The notes under the pieces: generated by a model
Database searches by the model: none
Seen by the model: only the letters and a program-made list of their open reading frames with translations
Told to the model about the DNA's origin: nothing
Assembly (NCBI GenBank): GCA_963823665.1
Contig: CAWGMQ010000004.1
Location: forward strand, 1,664,001-1,728,000
Reading direction: 5' to 3'
Length of the DNA stretch: 64,000 nucleotides
Source: an uncultured Planctomycetota bacterium
GTDB taxonomy: Bacteria; Planctomycetota; Planctomycetia; Isosphaerales; Isosphaeraceae
Program-made: the position numbers and the translations under genes
In this document: piece after piece, positions 10,412 through 22,033 of the stretch
How positions within the stretch are numbered: the stretch's first letter is position 1
Layout of the letters: each line of letters opens with the position of its first letter

Positions 10412-11719
10412 TTACTTCTTCTCGCCGGCGTCCTTGGCCAGGTCTTTGCCCGCAAGCAGGGTATCGAGCTCCTTCTTGAGCGCCGATTTGATTCCCGGGT
10501 TATAGCCCACATGCACGGATTGCACCACGCCCTTCTTGTCGATCAGGACCAGCAAGGGAATGGCGTTGGCGCCATAGGCGTTCCCGACGGCACCGCTCGA
10601 GTCGAGGGCGACCGTGAACTTGAGCTTCTTCTCTTTCAGGAACGTGCGGATTTCGGCGGCTTCTTCTTGCTGGTTGACCGCGCAGAAGACGACGCCCTTA
10701 TCCTTGTACGCTTCCGCCACTTCCGAAAGAATCGGCAGCTCCATCACGCACGGGCCGCACCAGGTGGCCCAGAAGTCGAGCATCACGACGTGCTCGCCCT
10801 TATGCTCTTTGAGCTTGAAGTCGCCCTTGCCTTCCTCCAGAAGCTTCAGACTGACGTCCGGCGCCGGTTTGCCGAGCAGCGGGGAAGGGGCCTCTTTGCC
10901 GCCACCCAGCCCTTCCATGAAGCTGTTGACCTTTTCGGCACCCGCCGGCTCGAAGACGAAGCTCTTCTGATCGATGCCTTTGTCAAGCTGCCAACCCTTG
11001 TAGTCCTGGATCATCTCGAGCTTCTGCCCCTTGAGCTGCGCCGCGGCAGGCGAATTCGCCACCATCTTGGCGAGGTCGATGACAACCCGGCTCACCAGCG
11101 GGTCGCCCTCGGCAGCCACCCACATCTCCCAGTCAAATTGGTCCTGGGTGAACTTCAAGTGATGCGCCTTGACGCCACCGTCAAGCGTGTCGAGCCCCGC
11201 GTAACTGGACTTCGTGACACCATCCATGAGTGACTTGTAGGGGTCGTCGGAGCAAAGGTCGACGAGCATCGTGAGCTGGAGCGATGACGCCGCGATCTGG
11301 TCGCCCATCAGGTCCTTGAATGTGGCGGGCGCTTCGCCTTCGGTGTACTTCTTCATGGATGGGATGGATAAGAAAAGCGTCTTGCCATCACACACCAGGT
11401 CGACGACGGGCATGGTCGTTTTGGAGCGGACAGCAAGCCGGTTCGGCCTCTGGAACGCCACGGTGGTGGTCATTTCCATCTTGACTGGGCCGAGCTTTTG
11501 CACGCGATTCATCTCCACCGCGACGGATTTGGCTTTCTTGTAGAGTTCAGCGGTCTTCTTCAAAACGCCCTCGACCGTCGCTGCGCCTGAGGCGCCTGCC
11601 TTCGCACCGGGTTCCTGAGCTCGGGCAGCCCCCGCGGGCCCCAGAGCGATAAACGCCGCGACTGCGGCGAGCGAAGTGATCGACAGAGCAAGGGCCAAGC
11701 GGGTTCTTCGAGCGACCAT
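10412..11719 (-). CDS. LolA-like (DUF2092) + TlpA-family thioredoxin fusion
   Basis: Signal peptide, FQRPNRLAV/CDGKTL LolA-like region, DFWATWCGPC. Confidence 0.85.
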   Translation of the reverse strand: MVARRTRLALALSITSLAAVAAFIALGPAGAARAQEPGAKAGASGAATVEGVLKKTAELYKKAKSVAVEMNRVQKLGPVKMEMTTTVAFQRPNRLAVRSKTTMPVVDLVCDGKTLFLSIPSMKKYTEGEAPATFKDLMGDQIAASSLQLTMLVDLCSDDPYKSLMDGVTKSSYAGLDTLDGGVKAHHLKFTQDQFDWEMWVAAEGDPLVSRVVIDLAKMVANSPAAAQLKGQKLEMIQDYKGWQLDKGIDQKSFVFEPAGAEKVNSFMEGLGGGKEAPSPLLGKPAPDVSLKLLEEGKGDFKLKEHKGEHVVMLDFWATWCGPCVMELPILSEVAEAYKDKGVVFCAVNQQEEAAEIRTFLKEKKLKFTVALDSSGAVGNAYGANAIPLLVLIDKKGVVQSVHVGYNPGIKSALKKELDTLLAGKDLAKDAGEKK

Positions 11720-11987
11720 GAAACGGGTCTCCTGGGGAAAAATGCGATTCGTCAGGGATGCATTATGCTCACATCTGGTAGGTCGCGACAACTGTCCACG
11801 GCCGCTTATTGAAGTCTTCCCGTTGAGTTCTCATCGAGAAGCGCAGGGAGAGCGACCCGTGACGACGCTCGTCACCTCTTGCCAGCCTGATCCAGCAACT
11901 GGTGTGCCCAGGTGCCATCCGCACCGTCCAGCGGTGGTTCGGCAGCGGCCCGGTAGTCGATCGAATGATATCGCCCGTTTTGATAGC

Positions 11988-13625
11988 TCACTTCCCCTCT
12001 GCCTTCTTGATGCCGTACGCGATCATCTTCAGCGCCCGCTCCGAAGGCACCGGCTTTGCGCCGCCGGCGATGAGCTGCTGCGCCTTGCGATATCCGGCAT
12101 GGGCTCCGGCGCGATCCCCGTCTTCGAGCAGCCGATCCGCGAGGAGCTTCAGCGCTACCCAGGAAGACGGATACAACTCGCAGCGATACTGCATGAAGAC
12201 AAGACCCTCAGACCGCTTCCCGCTGCTGTTAAGCCCGAGCGCCGCGTCGCCGATTATTTCCTCGGTCATCTCCAGCCCGAACACCTTCACGAATCGCATC
12301 GCGGCATCCATTCCATCCCGACTCACCATGTCCATTACCTGCGCGCCGCTCGGGGGCAGAGGCGACGGCGCTTGAATGGCAAGCTCGAAGCCCGCGCCGA
12401 GCGTTGCCTTGTCGTGGAGTGATCGCCGCAAGAACTGTTCGGCCTCTCGATCCCCTTTGAGATACGCATCAAAGAACTTCCGCGAGTGAAGACACACACG
12501 GTCGTACCCTGCTCGAATCACGGCTGCCTTGTCCGCCGGAACCCTTCGCCCCGGCAGGAACGCAAAACGCGCGGCGCCCTGCGTAAGAAAGTCATTATGC
12601 TCTAGGTCGCTGACCATCGCCGTGTAAAGATGCGTATATTTCAAATATCCCCAGTGGGCGAAAAAGTCTGGCTTCGCTTCGTCTTCCTTCGCCGAGTAAA
12701 TCATGATCGGCCCGGCCAGACGCAGGGAACTGGTCAGACGTGCCCTGAGTGTCGCGAACCCTGGCTCGGTGGGCGAACCGTGTTCCACGGTCGAGTCGAG
12801 ACTCACGACGGCACTTAACGGCGAGTTCTGTTCGGCTCGCCAGGCCAGCACGGCCTGCGCGCCGTAACTGTGGCCGATGGCCCCGATCGCACCGAGATCG
12901 AGATCGGGCCGCCCCTTTGCGTACCGAACGAGGAATTCCATGTCCTTGATCGAACGGTCGAGGTCCCAGTCAACGTTGAGGTAGGCTGCGTTCTCCGACT
13001 GATAAGGTGCGACAATCACGACGTAGCCGTGGCTCGCCATGTATTCGTAAAAGGTGGCGTTGTCCTCAAAGGTCCCTCCCAGGCCAGGGTGTGCGACGAT
13101 CAGCGGGAACTTCCCGGGAGCAATCGGAGCGTCTTTGACAGCCACTGTGCGCGCATCGAGCCATCGCTCGATTCCCGCGGCCTCGGTCTCATCAATCTTT
13201 GCGGGCCGCTCTTCGAGGACCTCCTCGGCCATCGTCGCGCGTGTGAATGCCTCCAGGCGTTTCGCGAACGGAGCGATCGACGGATTGTCGGAGCCCATTT
13301 CGAGATATTCGCGATAGCGCATCGGCGCGGCCGCAGACGCACGCGCCGGGTACCACAAATTGACCAGAATCGGTCGGGGATATGCCGGCAACGTCCCCGA
13401 GAGAGCGCCCTTGACCGGAAATGCCGGGGCATACTGACGAGCGTGATCGAGCTGCCATGATCTAGCGAATCCCACCGCATGCGGACCCGGCTCGAGCGCT
13501 CCCCACAGCCGCCGGTCCGGCGAATCACGCGGGCGCTCACCCGATCCGACCAACAGCACCCAAAGCACAAAGGCCCGACCCGCGAACGCAATCATGGCAA
13601 TCCTCCCCGGGAGCGAAGTGCTCAC
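11988..13625 (-). CDS. Alpha/beta hydrolase (dienelactone hydrolase-like) with a C-terminal TPR
   Basis: GHSYGA nucleophile elbow, HPGLGG, EHNDF. Confidence 0.8.
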   Translation of the reverse strand: MSTSLPGRIAMIAFAGRAFVLWVLLVGSGERPRDSPDRRLWGALEPGPHAVGFARSWQLDHARQYAPAFPVKGALSGTLPAYPRPILVNLWYPARASAAAPMRYREYLEMGSDNPSIAPFAKRLEAFTRATMAEEVLEERPAKIDETEAAGIERWLDARTVAVKDAPIAPGKFPLIVAHPGLGGTFEDNATFYEYMASHGYVVIVAPYQSENAAYLNVDWDLDRSIKDMEFLVRYAKGRPDLDLGAIGAIGHSYGAQAVLAWRAEQNSPLSAVVSLDSTVEHGSPTEPGFATLRARLTSSLRLAGPIMIYSAKEDEAKPDFFAHWGYLKYTHLYTAMVSDLEHNDFLTQGAARFAFLPGRRVPADKAAVIRAGYDRVCLHSRKFFDAYLKGDREAEQFLRRSLHDKATLGAGFELAIQAPSPLPPSGAQVMDMVSRDGMDAAMRFVKVFGLEMTEEIIGDAALGLNSSGKRSEGLVFMQYRCELYPSSWVALKLLADRLLEDGDRAGAHAGYRKAQQLIAGGAKPVPSERALKMIAYGIKKAEGK

Positions 13626-13682
13626 GCCCGCCTCGGCAGGATGAATTTCACGACGTACGGTTGGAACCCGCTGAAATCTCGA

Positions 13683-16435
13683 TCATCGCGTGACGGAGTC
13701 CGGTTCAATCAGCTTCCGGAAATCGTCACGCTCAGCCAGGATAGCGAGGTCCGGATCCCTCTTGGCCCAGCCTCGATTGTCCAGATCGCGGAAGAAGCCT
13801 GTTGTGGCGGCGCCATTCAGCCAGCGAATCGCATCGGCGATCCGAGCCTCTACCAGGTTCGCTCGCTTCTCAGGTGAGAGCTGCGTGTCGCTTCGCGCGG
13901 CAGCCGCGAGGAGCGCAGAGATGCAGCCGAGGTTGTATTGTTCCTCGGCGGCGAGATGGGGATCGGCCTTCACAAGCGCTGTCTGGGCCAATGCGCCAAC
14001 CAGCTCGCCGGATCGCACCAATTCGCCCGCGAGAAAAATTCGATAACTCGCCGGAACGGGCTGGGCAGAGAGTTCCACGACCCGTCGCCACTCGTTGGCC
14101 GCTTCTCGATGTCGCCCCGTCGCAGCCAAGGAATTGGCTCGGTTGCCGTGCAGCTTGAGGCAAAGTTCGCGAGCTAGCTCATCAAGCGGCTCTAGGCGGC
14201 AATACGGCTCGAGCCGGAAGAGCCCCACGTCCGCGCGGGCGATGGCCTCATCGCAACGGCCCACCCCGTGGAGCATTCCGCTCCAGTTGACATTGACGTG
14301 GCCGACGAAGCTAACGACGTCAGCAGGAGCAAGGATCTTGGTGTCGGCGGAGAGCAAGAGTTCCTCGGCCCGACGGAACCGTTGCTCGGCCGCCGAATGC
14401 TTCTGACTTCGCCAGAGGACGATGCCCAGGTTGATCAACGACTCAGCGAGCTTTATGCTCACGCCCGGCAATCGAACGGGATCGATACGCTCGCGAATCT
14501 CGATGGCCTTTTGGTAGTGAACCAGGGCCTTGTCGATCGACTCCCCCCGCAGGGTGTTCGCATAGTTGTTTTGACAGACGGCCAGTTGCTCCAAATCGAC
14601 GGGGTCGTTGCGCGTGGCGCTGGCCAGTCGTTCGGCCAGCTCGACGGCCTGTCGACCGTACTCCTTTGCCTGATCACGGTGGCCATCGGTCAGGTAGACA
14701 GCGAGCCTCGCCAGGCAATCGATATGGAGTCTACTGTAATGGAGATCGTCGGGCCGCTCGGACCGCAGGCGTTCCACGAGCTCGAGGGATCGGCGGACGT
14801 ACTTCTCGGCCAGCTCGGTACGGCCGAGTGAGGTTTGAATCATTGCCCCTTCGTTGAGCGCGCGTGCGGTGTCGGCGCAGACCACCGGATCGTTCGAATC
14901 GCCTTGGCGGAGGATTTGATCGTAGAAGGCCAGGGCGTCTTCCTGCTGATCATGGCGCAGGTCGAGCAGTCGGGGAGAGCCGGCGAGTCGTCGGTCGTCA
15001 AGGCGGCCGAGCATGGCCTGAATCGTCGATCGAGCCTCCTGGTAGTTAAGCCGGGCAAGGGCGGCCTGGTCTTGCGTGCGCCGGATCTCGGCGCGAGCTC
15101 GCGGTTATGCCGATAGGTCATGCCGATGAACGCGAACCCGGCGATCACCACGGTCGCGGCCGCGGTCGTCTGCCAGGGATGACGTCGCGTCCATTTCAGG
15201 GACCGCCGCAGCCCGCCGATCCGTCGGGCAAGGATCGGGTCTCCACGCTCGAATCGCCTCAAATCTTCGGCGAGCTCGAGCGCCGTCGCGTAGCGGTGGG
15301 CGGGCGACTTCTCGAGGCATTTCAAGCAGATGGCTTCCAGGTCGCGCGGGACGCCGGTTTGAATGCGCGACGGAGAAATGACGTCGGAGTGGATGAGCTG
15401 ATGAAAGAGCAGCTCGGGTGATTCGGCCCGAAACGGCGGCCGGCCGGTCAGGGCTTCGTACAAGATTGCACCCAGGGCGTAGATGTCGGCGCGAGGCCCG
15501 ACCTTCGCGGTCCCCCCGAGCGCCTGCTCGGGAGCCATGTAGGCCAACGTTCCCATGATGGCGCCGACTTCGGTCCGGGTCGTGGTTTCGTCGATCTTGG
15601 CCAGGCCGAAGTCGGTGATCTTGGGCTGGCCTTCGGACGTAAGCAAGACGTTGGCTGGTTTCAGGTCGCGGTGCACGACCCCTCGGCTGTGCGCGTGATC
15701 GATCGCCCTGGCCAGAATTTCTACGAGGGCGGCCGCCGCCAGCGGAGGTTGGGGCACTCCGGCGAGCGAACGAGCGAGCGTCCACCCATCGACATATTCG
15801 AGCGCCAGGTACGACTGACCGTCGTATTCGCCGATCTCGTGAATCTGCACGAGGTTCGGGTGCTGGCACTTGGCGACGGCAGCCGCCTCGCGCTCGAAGC
15901 GAGCGCGGTGCTCGGGCTCGCTCCGCCGCCCCTCCTGGAGCACTTTCAGCGCGACGATTCGGTCGAGGGCGCAGTGCCGCGCGAGATACACCACCCCCAT
16001 GCCGCCCCGGCCCAGGGTCCCCTGGATCTCGTACCCAGGAATCCGGGGCACCGACTCAATTTCGGATCGTGCGCCGTTCGTTGCACCGTTTTGAAGCACG
16101 AGATCCGGAATGACACCCAGCTCGGGCGGGAACGAAAGCGCACCGTGAACCTCGAACAGCCGCGACAGCGGCTCGGCCAGCTCGGGAAAGTCGATCAGGT
16201 AATCGTCCGGGCGAGGGGTCTCGCCCCGGATCTGTCGAAGAACGATTTCTTGATTGATCAACTCGACCAGGGCCTTTGGGTGATCGACGATCGCCGGATG
16301 ACGGTCGATCATGAGCCTGATCGGAGGACGATCCCCGCGCATCCACGCCTTGACCTGTTCGGAAAACAGCCATTCGAGCGAGAAGTCGACGGAATCGACC
16401 CCGTTCGCTGGCGATCCGCCGCACGCATCAATCAT
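13683..16435 (-). CDS. Ser/Thr protein kinase with TM helix and TPR repeats (frameshift near 15080-15100)
   Basis: GRGGMG, ALK, HRDLKPAN, DFG, YMAPE; the TPR part continues in ORF 13683..15014. Confidence 0.9.
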
Positions 16436-17023
16436 CGTCCAGCTCCTCGAGTCCAAGCTCGCGGACGATGCGCTTGATCGCGCGATTGAGCCGGTTGCGG
16501 ACCGCATCGGGTTTCTCACCGAGCCTGCTGGCGACGTCGTTCCACGAAAGCCCCATCGTGCGTAGCTCGGAGACCGACCGCTCTTTGTCCGTCAGGCGTG
16601 CGCGTACGGCCTCGATCATGTCCTTCCAGACGAGCTGGCTGGCTGGCCCCGGCCCGGCAGCGATGGGCTCGACACCGTTGACACCAGGAGCGCTGACAGC
16701 CACTACGGAATACTGGAATTCGGGCTTGCGCGCCACGTCCGCGACCTTGTTGACCGCCATTCGCCCCAGCAGGCGCTTCAATTCGACTGAGCCGGCGAGA
16801 TCGTATTCACCGACCGTCATCCGAATCAGGAAGCTCGCCATCACGGCCTGGCAAAAGTCGGACGAGTCGGTGACACGTCGCAACCGGATCACGCGCAGCC
16901 GCGCACGCACGACCTGCCGCACGTACGGCTCGTAAGTTCGAACGAACTCCTCGGCGGCGGCCGCGTCGCCTGCCCGGATCTTTTCGAGGATTGCCTGGAA
17001 TCGGTCTCATCAAGAACCCTCAA
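16428..17023 (-). CDS. ECF sigma factor, kinase-associated type (frameshift near 17000; start uncertain)
   Basis: FQAILEKIRAGDAAAAEEFVRTYEPYVR, region 2 DSSDFCQ, region 4 GLSWNDVASRLG; overlaps the kinase start. Confidence 0.85.
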
Positions 17024-17391
17024 CGGCGCCGGCAGGGGTCCAATTTCAAAAATTAGACTCGTAAACATCCCGACTTTCCAGCATCCACCCACCAAACAAT
17101 GGATCACCTTCGTCGCACGACGCGGGCCGCGCTCCGAAAAGTAAACAACTCGTGCGACCGGGAATTCCTTGCGCTTTGTCGCAAGTGACAGCCGCGATGA
17201 AGCTTGTGAAAAACGACTTGCGCTCGGCGAGTGAAGCTCGGGCACTCGCCAGAAATCTCTTTGGTGTTTTGTCCGTTTTGGGGGCGCGGTCCGATTGAAG
17301 AAATTACGGCAAACTCGCGCCGTCCGTCTTGTTCAAGCGTGCTGGGAAGTCAGGTCCGTTCTATCGTCGTAGTCAATGGAAACTTCGAACC

Positions 17392-18111
17392 ATGAAGATG
17401 CAACCGAGCCGTTTCATCGGAATTGTCGCGATAGTGGCGTCCACGGCATGGCTATCGCCACCCGCCGACGCCTCCTCCGTCACGGGAACCGTCACCCCGG
17501 AGAGTGGTGGAACCTATAACCTGAGTGCACTCGGCTCGCTCGATTGGGTCCACTACGGGCTCGCGGGCGGGGGCGACTCGAACAATGGCGACCCGATCCG
17601 AGATAGCAGCGGCTCGATCATCGGCGGACTCTCCGCGAACGTCCCCATCAAGGGATACTCCGGCAGTGCAAACACGTATGACTGGAGTAACGGGACGCCG
17701 GTTGTCAGCGGCAGCAACACCAATGGGATCTACTTGACTGATAACGGCGGTGTAATGACCCTGACCCTCGCGGCATCGACGACGCCGCTCCAGGCCGAAT
17801 TCTTCGTCGCCTCAAACCCGGGCTTCCCGACGTCGTTCACAGTCGCGCTGAACGACGGCAGCGGGGCGTCGTACACGGCGACCAACCTGATCTCAAACTT
17901 CGACCTGATCACGATCGATTATGTCGCGAATTCCGCCTCGACGCTGACCATGACCTACACATCGTCCGCGCTCTCGCCCGGCATGCCCGAAATCATCTAC
18001 CTCGATGCCGTAGCCGTGTCACTGGGCGTCAGCAGCGTCCCGGAGCCAAATTCGTGCATCCTGGCCGGGCTTGGAGCGCTTGGCGTCCTGGCGTTTCGCC
18101 GGAGGCGCTGA
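17392..18111 (+). CDS. PEP-CTERM sorting-domain protein
   Basis: Signal peptide; C-terminal VPEPNS + hydrophobic stretch + RRRR. Confidence 0.9.
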   Translation: MKMQPSRFIGIVAIVASTAWLSPPADASSVTGTVTPESGGTYNLSALGSLDWVHYGLAGGGDSNNGDPIRDSSGSIIGGLSANVPIKGYSGSANTYDWSNGTPVVSGSNTNGIYLTDNGGVMTLTLAASTTPLQAEFFVASNPGFPTSFTVALNDGSGASYTATNLISNFDLITIDYVANSASTLTMTYTSSALSPGMPEIIYLDAVAVSLGVSSVPEPNSCILAGLGALGVLAFRRRR

Positions 18112-18451
18112 CCCCTGCCGGAGGGCTCGGGTCGAGACCTCAGCAATACGAAGGCCTCCCGAGGCGATTTTCGACACCGCAAAGGTTGAGGCTCGCCCGG
18201 GAGTTCGGCGCGATTGCCCCGCACGTGCATGGCGAACAACTGACCACTAACGGCCACCAAAATTTGTTTGATTTTTCTTGAAGAACCTGCCATTGTTTCG
18301 ATATTGTTTAACGTAGTGAAATTCCCTCCAGTATCGTGCTGCGTTTCGAGGCGCCCGGGCATCCTCGGCCGGCCTTGAACGTCAGAGCCAAGCAGGCTTT
18401 CCCCTGGTTTGCCCCGCCAAAAGTCCCCCCTACCGTCCGGAGGGTCTCCTC

Positions 18452-20925
18452 ATGCGCGTCCGCTTCACCCGGTCCGTGGCCGTACCGGTTCTCGCTGCGA
18501 TTCTCGGATGCGGTCCCGTGATGTCCGAGCTTGCGCGAGCCGGTGCAGCGGATCGAGCGGACAGCGGAAACGGCGTGCTTTCGATCTTGCCGGGACAATC
18601 CACGCTGAACGGCCGCCGCGCCACGGCCCAGCTCGTGGCCACGGCGCGAGGCGCCGATGGCATGGTGCAGGACCAGACTCGCTCGGTGGAGTGGATTAGC
18701 TCCAACCCATCGGTTGCCGTGGTGACATTCGAGCGGCCGAGTGATCCCCAAGAGCAACGGGACGGCGACGATCGTCGCGCGCAAGGGCAGCCTCGAGGCG
18801 AGCACGACAGTCAAGGTGGTCGCGATGGAAGAGCCCGCTCGGGTTAGTTTTCGGCGTGACGTGATTCCGTCATTCAGCCAGGCGGGCTGCAACACGGGTG
18901 CTTGCCACGGCACGCCCACGGGCAAGGGAGGCTTCCGCCTGAGCCTGCGCGGCTACCTGCCCGACCAGGATTTTTCGATCCTTTCGCACGAGGTCGCCGG
19001 CCGTCGAATCAACCCGATGGCGCCGGAAACCAGCCTGATCTTGCGAAAGCCGCTCGGGCAAATCCCCCACGAAGGCGGCTTGCGGCTCAACCGAAGCTCA
19101 AAGACCTTCGAGTTTCTGCACGACTGGATCAAGGAAGGGGCCAAGGACGACCCGGTGCTCCGGCTGCGGTGCGGCTCGAGATGTTCCCGGAGACTCGCGT
19201 CCTGATTGCGCCGGCGGCCACGCAGCAAGTCGCCGTGCTCGTTCACGGCGCCGACAAGGCCGTGCGTGACGTCACGCCGATCTGCTACTACGATTCATCC
19301 AATCCGAATATCGCGGAGGTCGATCAAGACGGCTACGTCCGATTCAAGACGCGGGGCGAGGTTGCGATCATCGCCCATTACTTGAATCTCGTGGCCAACA
19401 TCCGGCTGACGCATCTCGTCGACGTGCCCGGGTTCGCGGCGGCGAGCGTGCCCGCAGGACAACGTGATTGACCGGGCCGTCTTCGCGAAGCTCAACAAGA
19501 TGCGGATCCAGCCATCGGAGATCTGCACCGACCGTGAGTTCGTCCGCCGGGCCTACCTCGACGTACTCGGCGTGTTGCCGACGCCGGAGGAAGTCGATGC
19601 GTTTCTCGCCGAGCCGGAGAGCACGCGCCGCGATCTGGTGATCGACCGGCTGCTCGACCGGCCCGAGTTTTACGATTTCTGGGCGCTCAAGTTCGCCGAC
19701 GTGCTTCGCTCGAACGGCCGGCTGATCCAGACCAAGGGGGCTTATGCGTTCCATCGCTGGATTCGCGAATCGCTGGAGCGGAACGTGCCCATGGACCAGC
19801 TTGTTCGCGCGCTTGCTGACTTCAGAAGGATCGACTTTCCGCAACCCGGCCGCCAATTACTACCGGATCAGCCGTGACCCGGAGTCGGCCGTTGAAACCA
19901 CGGCGCAGCTTTTTCTCGGTGTGCGCATCCAGTGTGCCAAGTGTCACAATCACCCGTTCGAGCGCTGGACTCAGGACGATTACTACGGGTTCGCCGCCTT
20001 CTTCTCGCAGATCGGCCGGAAAAAAGGCAGCCTGCCCGATGACGAAGTCGTGTACGCCACCGGATCGGGTGACGTTCGCCAGCCTCGAACCGGCCAGACG
20101 ATGAAGCCCAAGGCCCTGGGCGGACCAGTGCTCGACGATCAGCCGGCCCAGGACCGGCGGGTCAAGCTCGCCGCCTGGCTGTCGAGCCCATCGAACCCGT
20201 TCTTTGCCAGGAGCCTGGTGAACCGCATCTGGTACCACTTGCTGGGACGCGGGATCGTGGAACCGGTTGACGACTTCCGCGACTCGAATCCCGCGTGCAA
20301 CGACGAGCTGCTGGCCGGACTCACGGCGGAGTTCGTCAAGAACGGCTACGACTTGAAAAAGTTAATCCGGTCGGTTCTGCACAGCCGCACCTACCAGATG
20401 AGTGCGACCACGAACCCGCTCAATGCGGACGATAGCCTGTACTTTTCACACGCCCAGACCAAGCTGCTGCCGGCGGAGGTACTGCTGGACGCCATTTCCT
20501 CGATCACCGGCACGACCACGTCGTTCAGCGGCCTGCCTCATGGCGCCAGGGCGACACAAATTCCGGACGGCACGATCGACAACCCATTCTTGAAAACGTT
20601 CGGACGCCCCGCCCGCGAGCTTGCCTGCGAGTGTGAGCGAGAAAGCGAATCGAATCTCTCGCAGGCCCTCCAGTTGATCGGCGGCGCCACGGTCAACGGC
20701 AAGCTGCGCGACGACTCCGGCCGAATGGCGACCCTGGCCAAGAGCGGCAAGTCGCCCCAGCAGATCATCCGCGAGCTTTACCTGGTTGCGCTCTCCCGTG
20801 AGCCCAATGCGTCCGAGGAGGCCGCAGCCTCGAAGCATCTCGCTTCGGCCAAGGACAAGCGGCAGGCGATCGAGGATCTGGGCTGGGTACTGATCAACTC
20901 CAAGGAATTCCTGTTCCGGCATTGA
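18452..20925 (+). CDS. Ig-like + DUF1549/DUF1553 (PSD1) planctomycete protein, about 4 frameshifts
   Basis: GCNTGACHG, FVRRAYLDVLG, CAKCHNHPFERWTQDDYY, ACECER, WVLINSKEFLFRH spread over 5 ORF pieces. Confidence 0.9.
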
Positions 20926-20966
20926 GTTGAGTCTGGACCGGGCCGCCAGCACGCACCCCCCCTGAC

Positions 20967-21016
20967 CCCCCCTTCTTAAGGGGGGAAAAGAAAGGGGAGC
21001 CCCTTCTAAAGGGGGG
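20967..21016. repeat. Two tandem CCCC(CC)TT-N3-AAGGGGGG palindromes (REP-like or terminator)
   Basis: cccccctt-ctt-aagggggg (20967-20985) and cccctt-cta-aagggggg (21000-21016). Confidence 0.6.
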
Positions 21017-21220
21017 AAGCTTCGTGCAACTTACGCGGCGGGAAATGAACCGCGACTTTTCGTCTGCCGAGACTCGCGCTCGCCTCGCGCGCGAACCATC
21101 AACCCGGTATCTCTATCTGTAATCGCGCCGTCGCGGTCCGCACTTGCCGATTGCTTCTTCATTTACTCATACTCTTCGTCGTCCTCTTCCACTCCACCGA
21201 ACCCGAAGGAGGAGCTTCTC

Positions 21221-22027
21221 ATGGGCATCCGCATCAGCCAGGTCGACGCTTTTACCAACCGCCCGTTCGCGGGCAATCCCGCCGCGGTCTGCGTGCTTTC
21301 CGAGCCGGCTGATGAGAAATGGATGCAGTCTGTCGCGGCCGAAATGAACCTGTCGGAAACCGCATTCGCGACGCGCTTGCCCGGCGGGTCCAGGTTTAAC
21401 CTGCGCTGGTTCACACCTGTGAGCGAAGTCGATCTGTGCGGTCACGCCACGCTGGCGACGGCTCATATCCTCTGGGAAGACGGGCATCTTCCGCGCAATG
21501 AGCCGGCTCTCTTCGAGACGCGCAGTGGCCTTTTGACCGCGTGCCCCGGTCCCGACGGCATCGAGCTGGATTTCCCCTCCGAGCCGGTCTCGGAGCCGAT
21601 CGTCGATCCGGGCGAGCTTGACAGAATCCAATCGGCGCTCGGAGCGCCGGTGAAGTTTGCCGGGAAGAATCGGTTCGACCTTCTGGTCGAGCTTGCGAGC
21701 GAAGAGGTGGTTCGAGCCCTGCGGCCCGACTTCCGCCGGCTCGAGCAGTTTCCGGTTCGCGGCGTGATCGCGACCAGTCGCTCGAGCTCGGCCGAGCACG
21801 ACCTGGTGTCGCGGTTCTTTGCGCCTCGGGTTGGAATCAATGAAGATCCGGTCTGCGGCTCGGCGCATTGCTGCCTCGGGCCATACTGGTCCGAAAAGCT
21901 CGGCCGGACGAAGCTGTCGGCGCATCAGATCTCCTGTCGCGGTGGAGTGGTGAAGATCCGTGTCGAGGGACCGCGAACAGTCTTGATCGGTCATGCGGTG
22001 ACCGTGCTCCGCGGCGAGCTGGTCTGA
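21221..22027 (+). CDS. PhzF family isomerase
   Basis: QVDAFT..FAGNPAAV, EMNLSETAF, EVDLCGHATLA, EDPVCGSAH. Confidence 0.95.
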   Translation: MGIRISQVDAFTNRPFAGNPAAVCVLSEPADEKWMQSVAAEMNLSETAFATRLPGGSRFNLRWFTPVSEVDLCGHATLATAHILWEDGHLPRNEPALFETRSGLLTACPGPDGIELDFPSEPVSEPIVDPGELDRIQSALGAPVKFAGKNRFDLLVELASEEVVRALRPDFRRLEQFPVRGVIATSRSSSAEHDLVSRFFAPRVGINEDPVCGSAHCCLGPYWSEKLGRTKLSAHQISCRGGVVKIRVEGPRTVLIGHAVTVLRGELV

Positions 22028-22033
22028 GCGATT

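Noticed and set aside
18452..20925. Programmed ribosomal frameshifting in multi-piece genes
   Set aside because: Four or five shifts per gene in unrelated families with no consistent slippery motif; sequencing indels are a simpler explanation.
21221..22027. Phenazine biosynthesis cluster
   Set aside because: A lone PhzF-family gene with no other phz genes nearby.
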